64,000 nucleotides of DNA from Candidatus Adlerbacteria bacterium (GTDB lineage: Bacteria > Patescibacteriota > Minisyncoccia > Phycocordibacterales > SBAW01). Positions 56,290 to 64,000 of the stretch are shown one piece after another. The notes beneath the pieces are model-generated. The model made no database searches and was not told the origin of the DNA. It saw nothing but the letters and a program-made list of their open reading frames with translations. Position 1 is the first letter of the stretch; every line of letters starts with the position of its first letter. The stretch is taken from contig CAVVLG010000003.1 of NCBI GenBank assembly GCA_963749085.1, positions 219,380-283,379 on the forward strand, written 5' to 3'. The position numbers were made by a program, and so were the translations under genes.

Positions 56290-57528
56290 TTACTGCACCA
56301 CTTGCCCCTCAAGGTATTGATGGTTTTTATCCTGAGCATCGAAGGTGCAGCTTGAATCGTTGGCACATTGGCTTGGCACGGGGACAAATGTGGCGACATC
56401 GGCTCCAGGTATGACTTGTCCATCGTAATAGGCCGAATTTTTATCATGAGCATAGCCCACCACAAATCGATAGCCAGCGCCTAGCTCAGGACTATTCCAG
56501 AAAATAGGGTAGTAGGCCTCGAACGAGGTAAGATCTGCGGCAATAGGCTCTATACCGCCGGATTCACCATTTACATAACCATAATAAATGTGGTTGACGT
56601 CTTTATAATAGACAAAATTTATGGCTTCAAATGTTTTAGGATCGACCCCTTGAATTATAGTCATGGGGCTACCACCTAAATCACCCCCATACCAAACGTG
56701 TGTGCTGTCTCTAGCAACATCTGTTTGGGCATCGTAACTAAAGGTTGCAGGATCTGCGCCTGGTAATACGGAAAAGTTATCTATAACTTGATAGCCATAA
56801 GTGTAGATGTGATTTTTATCTTTTGCCAGGCCGGAATCAGGAATAACCGCAAAAGTATTGGGATCCGCGCCCGTGACTAGCTTATCCGCCAAAAACACAT
56901 GCGTTGCATCTTTAGCGAAAGGATAGATTGTCGCATCTGTCGTAAAAGTATTGGGATCCACGCCTGCTAGGATTCCTCCCCCACCAGCAGGGCCTGCACC
57001 GCCAAAGTATGAATAAGCGTTCGATTTGTCTTTTCCGTAACAATATCCGTAATCATCCGATTGGGGATTCAAAACGTCGAGAGAAACAAAGCTCGAAACA
57101 TCTGCGCCAATGCTTTCTGCGCTGCCGTCTCCGAGGTTATAATAGACATTGTTTTTGTCCTTAGAAAAACAATAACCTACCGATTCGGAGCTAGTCGCAA
57201 ATATTTCATATGTCGAAGGATCGACCGTCAGCGGATTGAATTCTCCATCCACGAAAGTCGTTGAGGTGCCTATATCAACATGGATCCACTGCTGCGAAAC
57301 ATTTTGAGCTGGGATGGCGGAAGTATTCTGAGTTGTGGTCGACGCCGTAGACGATTCGCCCGTCGTGCTTGGCATTTGATTTGTGTCGACACTTCGAATC
57401 AGTAAGGCCCAGCCTCCGGCTGCACATACAAGCAACACTGCTAAAACTGCTCCAAGTATCCACCACACTTTTTTACTTGACGGCAGTGGTTGAACCGGAG
57501 GGATTGGTTGCTCAGATGAAGGAGGCAT
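56290..57528 (-). CDS. Membrane-anchored DKNYY-repeat protein
   Basis: N-terminal TM; repeats KDKNNVYY, KDKNHIY, GADPNTF/GVDPKTF. Confidence 0.85.
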   Translation of the reverse strand: MPPSSEQPIPPVQPLPSSKKVWWILGAVLAVLLVCAAGGWALLIRSVDTNQMPSTTGESSTASTTTQNTSAIPAQNVSQQWIHVDIGTSTTFVDGEFNPLTVDPSTYEIFATSSESVGYCFSKDKNNVYYNLGDGSAESIGADVSSFVSLDVLNPQSDDYGYCYGKDKSNAYSYFGGAGPAGGGGILAGVDPNTFTTDATIYPFAKDATHVFLADKLVTGADPNTFAVIPDSGLAKDKNHIYTYGYQVIDNFSVLPGADPATFSYDAQTDVARDSTHVWYGGDLGGSPMTIIQGVDPKTFEAINFVYYKDVNHIYYGYVNGESGGIEPIAADLTSFEAYYPIFWNSPELGAGYRFVVGYAHDKNSAYYDGQVIPGADVATFVPVPSQCANDSSCTFDAQDKNHQYLEGQVVQ

Positions 57529-57656
57529 AGATGCCTAAAGTGTAGCAGTTTCAAGGCATTTCTGAACTCGGTTACCAACAGCTTACCAACTCGACCCTCC
57601 TGGACACCCACCCCCCTTGCGTCATCCATATACCTGTCGAATTAACAGGGCTTTAA

Positions 57657-58509
57657 CTAGAACCAGTCTCAAAAATAATGTTTGAGTAATAGCATGATGC
57701 ACGCGAGCTTCACGAAGGCGGCAAAGTTCTGCAGTTTGTATTCGTAGCGAGTCACGAGCTTTCTCCAGTTGTGCATCCACGCGAACAGCCGCTCAATCTT
57801 CCACCGGCGCTTGTAGGAGCGCAGCGCCCTGCCGTCCTGTGTTGCTCTGCGCACCCGGCCTCTGCGATGCGGTGAAATGAGTTTGATGCGGTATTTGTTC
57901 AGGAGCGTTCCATCCAGCGGATCGGAATCATATGCTCGGTCAGCCGTGAGGCGAAGCGGATTCTGTCGGGTAAATCGCCGGGCAAGCGTGTCTTCAACCA
58001 ACCGGACTTCGCTCGGAGAAGCAGAGGCCACATAGACGGCGACTGGAAGAGAGCCTTCGTCCGCAATCGCCATGATCTTGGTGCCTTTCCCACGCTTCGT
58101 GGGTCCCACGCCAAGACCCCCTTTTTTGCCCCCGCGAAGGTGGCATCGAGAAAGCAGCTCCTGAGCTTGATGCGCCCCCGGTATTCCATGTCCATGGCCA
58201 GGGCTTCGACGATGCGGTCAAAGGCGCCGCTCTCCACCCACTGCTGGAACCTGCGATGGCAGGTCTGGTAGGGCGGGTAGTCTTTCGGCAGGTGCTTCCA
58301 CTGGGCGCCGGTCTTCAGTGCCCAGAGGATACCTTCCAGTATCTTGCGGTCGTCCTGCCGGGGACGGCCGCGGGTTTCCAAACGCTTGAGGGGTGTGACA
58401 AACGGAGCGATGACGCTCCACTGCTCGTTGGTGAGAGGCATGGGCAGGCAAATTACGGGTAACGCCCTGTGCCTTTAGTCTACAACGGTATTTTTGAGAT
58501 TGGTTCTAG
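57657..58509 (-). mobile_element. IS5-family insertion sequence (IS427-like), apparently intact
   Basis: Terminal inverted repeats CTAGAACCAGTCTCAAAAATA / TATTTTTGAGATTGGTTCTAG with CTAG(TA) at both ends; two overlapping transposase ORFs. Confidence 0.92.
57669..58441 (-). CDS. IS5-family DDE transposase, -1 programmed frameshift
   Basis: OrfA LTNEQW..TGAQWKHLP..CHRRFQQW; A-AAA-AAG at 58121-58127; OrfB GKGTKI, ADRAYDS, RWKIERLFAW. Confidence 0.9.
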
Positions 58510-58519
58510 GGTCAAATAT

Positions 58520-59851
58520 ATGGAAGCATCAATAGCAGACGGTTTAGAGCGGATGGGCGTAGCCGTTCCCCAAGAAAAATTAGCGGTGCAAATTAAATAT
58601 TGTCTCTATGCTCGCAAGAGTACCGAGGACGATGAGCATCAAGCACTCTCCATTGATAGCCAGATAAAGGAGATGGGCAGTCTGGCAATACGGGAGAAAT
58701 TAGAAGTAGTCGAAGTGCGCTCGGAGAAACATTCAGCAAAAGCCGCGGGCCAACGACCAGTATTCCAGCAGCTGCTCGCCGATGTACGCGAGGGAAAATT
58801 CAACGGCATCCTTACTTGGGCACCAGATCGTCTGAGTAGAAATGGCGGCGATCTCGGCGTACTGGTGGACTTGATGGATCAAAAATCACTGGTCGAGATA
58901 CGCACGTACACGCAGAAATTTACCAACAACCCGAACGAGAAGTTTCTGCTGATGATACTCGGTTCGCAAGCCAAGCTCGAAAATGACAACAAGAGCCTCA
59001 ACGTCAAGCGCGGATTGAAGGCGCGTGCAGAGATGGGCCTTTGGCCCGGCATTGCGCCGACTGGATACACCAACGACAAACGGTCTGACCACAAGTGCGA
59101 GATTCTAGTCGATCCAATACGTTCTTTGGTGGTTAAGCAAATATTCGAGAAAGTTGGGCGCGACAGAAGGAGCGGCCGGAAAGTATACGCGTGGTTGAAA
59201 TATGACATCAGATTTACGCACCGCTCCGGCAAACCGCTAAGTCTTAGCAATGTCTACAATGTGCTCCGGAACCCCTTCTATTGTGGCATGTTCGAGTTTC
59301 CGCGCGGCTCGGGACAGTGGTACACCGGCAAGCACACACCGCTCATCACCAAAGAGCTGTTTCAACTGGCGCAGGAGAAAATTGCTGAGGACAATCGCCC
59401 GAAAAAGAAATTCCAGGATTTTACCTTCACCAAATTGATGATCTGTGGATACTGTGGCTCAGGCGTCACGGCACAAGAAAAATCAAAAGCGCTTAAAGAC
59501 GGCAGCACAAATTGGTACATCTACTACAGCTGCGACAAATTCAAAGATCATCACTGCAAGAATCCCTATATTCGAGAGGACAATCTCACCACGCTACTGT
59601 TGGAGATAATAGAAACGGTAAGCATAGATGAAATTGGTGCGCGGCATCTCATCGAGCGCGAAGTGAACCGCTACAACAAACTCCGCGCTACGATGGGTCA
59701 CTCCGACAAAGACAAAGCCAAGGACATGGATATCCGTAAATATGCCAAATATCTATTGCAAGAAGGCACGCCGATGGAGAAGCGCGAACTGCTGCAGCAC
59801 CTTCGCAACCGGATCGTGATGAGAGACAAGAAAATATTTCTCGAGAACTAA
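58520..59851 (+). CDS. Large serine recombinase (resolvase + recombinase + zinc ribbon)
   Basis: [39 protein letters not shown]. Confidence 0.92.
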   Translation: MEASIADGLERMGVAVPQEKLAVQIKYCLYARKSTEDDEHQALSIDSQIKEMGSLAIREKLEVVEVRSEKHSAKAAGQRPVFQQLLADVREGKFNGILTWAPDRLSRNGGDLGVLVDLMDQKSLVEIRTYTQKFTNNPNEKFLLMILGSQAKLENDNKSLNVKRGLKARAEMGLWPGIAPTGYTNDKRSDHKCEILVDPIRSLVVKQIFEKVGRDRRSGRKVYAWLKYDIRFTHRSGKPLSLSNVYNVLRNPFYCGMFEFPRGSGQWYTGKHTPLITKELFQLAQEKIAEDNRPKKKFQDFTFTKLMICGYCGSGVTAQEKSKALKDGSTNWYIYYSCDKFKDHHCKNPYIREDNLTTLLLEIIETVSIDEIGARHLIEREVNRYNKLRATMGHSDKDKAKDMDIRKYAKYLLQEGTPMEKRELLQHLRNRIVMRDKKIFLEN

Positions 59852-59856
59852 CACGT

Positions 59857-59887
59857 GAAAACGCCGAGCAATTTGCTCGGCGTTTTC
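59857..59887. terminator. 14-bp perfect hairpin after recombinase
   Basis: GAAAACGCCGAGCA-att-TGCTCGGCGTTTTC. Confidence 0.8.
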
Positions 59888-60131
59888 GCTCATCGAACCC
59901 TCTCGGTTGCGAACCGGTCTCGACGCATTTCGAGGCCTCATGGACGCATCGATGGGCCGCTGACTGCTGTGCCCCTGTTCGGAACCGACCCTGTGTGGTT
60001 GAGGCCCCACAAGCGTTTTCCGGAGGACTTCAGTGTACCAGAGCTGACCCTGTTCGGTAGGGGTCTCCAAAAGCCAATAAGACCGTTTGCGACTCCCAAA
60101 GGGCGTTTTCGACGCGTCGCAAACGCCCCCG

Positions 60132-60491
60132 CTATCGCACGCTGATACCGTGTTTCTTTTTGGGCCTCAGCTCTTTGAGCGCTAACCCGACCTTCGTCGG
60201 ATCGTTGAGGAGATAATATTTGTCCTTACTCTTGCCCGGCACTATCATTTTCCGCAGTACGCCGTAGCTGACCCCGAGGCGAAGATTTGAGGGGAGCTTG
60301 GCCTCTTTTGATTTCAACGCTTTGTATACGCGGTATCCCGCAAAGCCACTCCCGTCCGATTGCCCGTGCAGTTCGTAGCACACTTCGAGTATCGCCAGCC
60401 ATTCGGGGTACTCAAGCACCAGATGCTTGGTGCGGTGATAGATAGTCGCCTGTACTGGATGGGTCAGAATGGGTTTTTTAGCCATACTCAT
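60132..60491 (-). CDS. Small basic hypothetical protein (possible winged-helix)
   Basis: Basic; LVSYGVLRK-like helix followed by KYYLL wing; TATGAT upstream. Confidence 0.5.
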   Translation of the reverse strand: MSMAKKPILTHPVQATIYHRTKHLVLEYPEWLAILEVCYELHGQSDGSGFAGYRVYKALKSKEAKLPSNLRLGVSYGVLRKMIVPGKSKDKYYLLNDPTKVGLALKELRPKKKHGISVR

Positions 60492-60704
60492 AGGATATCA
60501 TACGACCCCATAAAGAAGCATAGCAAATTGAGCAGGAGGCAGCACTAGTAGATTGCGGGGTCAGAAAATCCTTTAATCGAGCCATTAAATGAGGCTCGTT
60601 TTCGGTACGCGCGAAGCCTGCAAACGAAAATCAATTCCACTACTCAAGTCAGTACACTGAAATTAGAAGGTCAAAAAATTATTAATCACTTATACCCCTT
60701 ATAT

Positions 60705-61988
60705 ATGTCAAAGAAACAACCGCTCCAGTGGAGCACTGTGCAGCGCCGCATCGACGACCTTGTTCCCTTCAAAGGGAACCCACGCCAGCTCGACGAGCGG
60801 CAGGCCGAAGCTCTTAAAAAGAGCCTCACCCGTTTTGGCCTCGCAGAAATTCCGGCCGTGGATCAGGATAATACGATTTTGGCCGGGCACGCGAGACTCA
60901 AGACTCTTCAACTGTTGGGCAAGGGCCAAGAGATCGTCGACGTCAGGGTTCCATCAAGGCCCCTTACTACAAAAGAGCGCGAGGCATACCTGCTCACCTC
61001 CAATGCCGTGACCGGCGGCTGGGACTATGACCTCTTGCGCGGCTTCAATACCGACCTCTTGCTCGACATTGGGTTCAGCGACGAGGCGCTGGCAAATATC
61101 TTTGATGACAGTCTCGAAGTGCTCAATGATGGCTTCGACGAAAAAGAAGAGATCAAACGCGCGAAGAACACCACGATTAAACTCGGTGACCACTTCCTAC
61201 TCGGACGCCATCACCTGTTGTGTGCCGACGCGCTCGACCCGAAAACCGCGCAGACACTCATGGGTTCGGTTCGTGCCGATATGGTCAATGACGATTTGCC
61301 ATATAACATCGGACTCTCATATGACACCGGTGTTGGTGGGCGTGGGCGTTACGGCGGCACGACCAATGACAACAAGTCAGAGGCTGAGTACCGGCAGTTC
61401 GTGAAAACCGTAATGCAGAACGCCATCGCCGTTTCTAAGAAGGACTGCCATTACTTTTGGTGGTGTGACGAACGTTACGTTTTTCTTTTCCAGGAACTGT
61501 ATCGCGAGCTCGGCATCGACTCCAAGCGGCTCTGCATTTGGTTGAAGGACAACGCTTCGCCGGTACCACAAAACGCGTTCAATAAAATTATTGAATGCAT
61601 CCCGTATGGGGTTCGCGGAAAACCGTTTTTGAATAACCGCGTGCGCAACCTAAACGAGATCATCAATAAGGAACTTTCGACAGGGGGCCGGTTGCCGGAA
61701 GAATTCCTCGACATGCTGTGCGTGTGGCTGGCGAAGCGCCTGCCTAGCGGCGAGCTCCAGCACCCAACACAAAAAAATCCTACGGTCCATGAAAAATGTT
61801 TGCGTCGGTGTAGTCGGCCGGGTGATGCGGTGTTGGACTTGACGTGTGGCAGTGGCAGCCTTCTTTCAGCTTGCCACCAGCTAGGCCGCACGGCGTACTG
61901 CGCCGACTACGAGCCGGTGTTTGTTCAGGTCGTCATTAATAGATTCAAAAAATTGGCACCCCATGAAAAAATTACAAAACTCAATTAA
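60705..61988 (+). CDS. Phage-type ParB/Srx-fused DNA methyltransferase (N6-A/N4-C, beta class)
   Basis: NPRQL..ILAGHARL (ParB); LGRHHLLCADA, DDLPYN, HPTQKN, DLTCGSGS. Confidence 0.88.
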   Translation: MSKKQPLQWSTVQRRIDDLVPFKGNPRQLDERQAEALKKSLTRFGLAEIPAVDQDNTILAGHARLKTLQLLGKGQEIVDVRVPSRPLTTKEREAYLLTSNAVTGGWDYDLLRGFNTDLLLDIGFSDEALANIFDDSLEVLNDGFDEKEEIKRAKNTTIKLGDHFLLGRHHLLCADALDPKTAQTLMGSVRADMVNDDLPYNIGLSYDTGVGGRGRYGGTTNDNKSEAEYRQFVKTVMQNAIAVSKKDCHYFWWCDERYVFLFQELYRELGIDSKRLCIWLKDNASPVPQNAFNKIIECIPYGVRGKPFLNNRVRNLNEIINKELSTGGRLPEEFLDMLCVWLAKRLPSGELQHPTQKNPTVHEKCLRRCSRPGDAVLDLTCGSGSLLSACHQLGRTAYCADYEPVFVQVVINRFKKLAPHEKITKLN

Positions 61989-62730
61989 ATACGGAGACGT
62001 CTTCCGTCTGGGCGAACATATTCTCGCCTACGGCGATTGTCGCGATGCGAAACTCATTGCCAAGGCGATCGGCGCGCGCAAAGTAAAAACGGTCATTTGT
62101 GATGTTCCATATGGCATCGACCTGACCGCTTCCAAGGAAAACTTCAAGCCCCTCCTCAAAAACAAAAATATTGTGGGCGATCACGCGCAGAGCGACGCGG
62201 AGTATGCGACATTCACGCGCGAGTGGATCGAAGCATTGAAGCCACACCTCGCAGCAAAGAACTCCTTCTATATCTTCAACTCTGACCGCATGATCTTTGC
62301 GCTCCGGCAGGGCATGTTCGAGGCTGGATTGAAATTCAGCCAACTATTGGTCTGGGTCAAGACAAGCAGCGTGGTCGGGCGGCTCGACTACGCTCCCATG
62401 CACGAACTCATCGCGGTTGGTTGGCACGGCACGCACGAATTCCTCAAGCCCAAAGATCGCAGCGTCCTCATATATCCCAAACCTAAGCGCAGTCCTCGGC
62501 ATCCGTCGACGAAGCCGGTCGGGTTAATACGTCGCCTGGTGCTCAACACCACGAAGGTGGGCGATGTTGTGTTTGATGGATTCCTTGGTAGTGGTACTGC
62601 GCTTTGGGCTTGCCACCAGACAGGACGCGTCTGCATCGGGGTTGAAATCGATGGGGAGTATGTAGAGCAGGTCATCGAGTCATATTACAAATTAACTGGC
62701 ATTAAAGCCCAAAAAATATATGGAGCGTAA
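61963..62730 (+). CDS. DNA methyltransferase (N6-A/N4-C, beta class)
   Basis: LGEHILAYGDC, CDVPYG, HPSTKPVGL, DGFLGSGT, GVEID. Confidence 0.9.
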   Translation: MKKLQNSIKYGDVFRLGEHILAYGDCRDAKLIAKAIGARKVKTVICDVPYGIDLTASKENFKPLLKNKNIVGDHAQSDAEYATFTREWIEALKPHLAAKNSFYIFNSDRMIFALRQGMFEAGLKFSQLLVWVKTSSVVGRLDYAPMHELIAVGWHGTHEFLKPKDRSVLIYPKPKRSPRHPSTKPVGLIRRLVLNTTKVGDVVFDGFLGSGTALWACHQTGRVCIGVEIDGEYVEQVIESYYKLTGIKAQKIYGA

Positions 62731-63154
62731 AGAAGATAAGACCAAGCGCCAGATGCGCGAGAGGTCCAAAGAAATGATGATTGAGCAGTTAAAGCGTCTG
62801 CCTATTATTCAGTTAGCGGCGGAGAAAGTAAACATCGACCGTTCGACCCACTTCCGTTGGTGCAAGGAAGACGCTGATTACGCTCGCAGGAGCGAAGATG
62901 CAATTCTCGAAGGCGTCGGCTTCATCAACGACGGGGCCGAGGCGCAGCTTATGGCCGCCATCCGTGACCGTGATATGCGGGCGATTTCATTGTGGCTGCG
63001 CGCCAATCATCCGCGCTACAAGACCAAAGTCGAGGTATCTGGCAGCGTCACCATGAAAAAAGAGATGACGCCGGAGCAACAGGCGGATGCGGCCGAAGCG
63101 CTGGAACACTCGGCACAGCTCAGGGCCGCACTTAAAAAACATGAACCCGAGTAA
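62720..63154 (+). CDS. Terminase small subunit-like HTH protein
   Basis: AAEKVNIDRSTHFRWCKEDADY HTH, KVEVSG tail, directly before TerL. Confidence 0.7.
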   Translation: MERKEDKTKRQMRERSKEMMIEQLKRLPIIQLAAEKVNIDRSTHFRWCKEDADYARRSEDAILEGVGFINDGAEAQLMAAIRDRDMRAISLWLRANHPRYKTKVEVSGSVTMKKEMTPEQQADAAEALEHSAQLRAALKKHEPE

Positions 63155-64000
63155 TCTCAACAAAGAATTTCTCAAGCGGGTCATCGGTGACCCTATGGTG
63201 CGTCAGACCGTGACGCGCGAGGACCTCCTATGGTTTTGGCACGTCTACGTGATACCCAATCTTCCGAAGTTCTACGGCGTCGCGCCGTTTCAGATTGAGA
63301 TAATGGACATACTGCAGAATGCGGCGAATAAGTTCTTCGTGCTCGAAGGATTTCGCGGATCCTCCAAAAGCTCAATCGCCAACCACGCCTTCACCGTATG
63401 GTCCATCGTCGGTAAACCACAGACCAAATTTATTATTATCATCGCCGGCACGGCTGAACTGGCGCGGCAGCACCTCAACAATATAAAGGCGCTCATGGCG
63501 AGCGAGCCTCTGCGCTCGGACATGGGTCCGTTTCAAATTCCCGAAGGCGAGTGGCGGGCCAACGCGATCGACATCCCAAAATACAACGCGCGAGTCATTT
63601 CCGTGTCGGTTGAGCAAAATGTCAGAGGGTTGTTGCATAACAACATCAGGCCGCAAATCGTGATCCTCGACGACCTCGAGAACATCAACACCGCGCTCTC
63701 GGAGGACGTGCGTCATCGTACGTACCAAACTTTCAACTCCGACATCAGGCCGGTCGGCGATCTCGACACTCGCTTTATCGTCATCGGAACCAGATTGTGG
63801 GAAGAAAGTTTGATCATGCGTTTTAAAAACGACATTGAGAACGGCAGGCGCAACGGCATCTTCCGCTCCTACCCCATCATCAACGAGCGGGATGAGCCTC
63901 TGTGGCCGGATAAATTTCCAACAAAGGAGGATGTTGAACAACTGCGCAAGGACATTGGCGACGAAGCCGCGTGGGCGCGGGAGTTTATGCTCCAGATTGT
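63141..64000 (+). CDS. Terminase large subunit, runs off window (not in ORF track)
   Basis: Manual translation: Walker A FRGSSKS, VRGLLHNNIRPQIVILDDLE (Walker B), IVIGT, PLWPDKF, WAREFM. Confidence 0.85.
   Translation, partial: MNPSNLNKEFLKRVIGDPMVRQTVTREDLLWFWHVYVIPNLPKFYGVAPFQIEIMDILQNAANKFFVLEGFRGSSKSSIANHAFTVWSIVGKPQTKFIIIIAGTAELARQHLNNIKALMASEPLRSDMGPFQIPEGEWRANAIDIPKYNARVISVSVEQNVRGLLHNNIRPQIVILDDLENINTALSEDVRHRTYQTFNSDIRPVGDLDTRFIVIGTRLWEESLIMRFKNDIENGRRNGIFRSYPIINERDEPLWPDKFPTKEDVEQLRKDIGDEAAWAREFMLQI

Noticed and set aside
59888-60131. Apparent density of restriction sites beside the methyltransferases
   Set aside because: Expected in a GC-rich, hairpin-rich block; enrichment cannot be shown without computation

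Overview
Chromosomal, origin-proximal window of a small-genome bacterium. The gene set and synteny (rpsO-NYN-pnp, PrgI/VirB4/pilin cluster, jag-yidC-rnpA-rpmH-dnaA-dnaN, shortened HolA/YebC) point to Patescibacteria/CPR, probably Parcubacteria; this assignment is inference. Genetic code 11. It holds six tRNAs, many replication/repair/translation genes, oriC between dnaA and dnaN, two toxin-antitoxin pairs between rpmH and dnaA, a relaxase-less T4SS-like operon and a 1.25-kb islet at tRNA-Lys. From about 55.7 kb the region is accessory: a DKNYY protein, an IS5-family element, a large serine recombinase, two phage-type DNA methyltransferases and small/large terminase. The most unusual signal is a non-coding array at 55853-56272 of about 6 units, each a tandem 9-mer pair plus about 20 bp plus the inverted 9-mer, where the architecture is conserved but the 9-mer changes in every unit. 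A second non-coding block behind the recombinase shares shuffled words with it. Also notable: a parS/DnaA-box cluster about 34 kb from dnaA, and pervasive apparently leaderless promoters. All calls come from reading the sequence and motifs; no searches were run.
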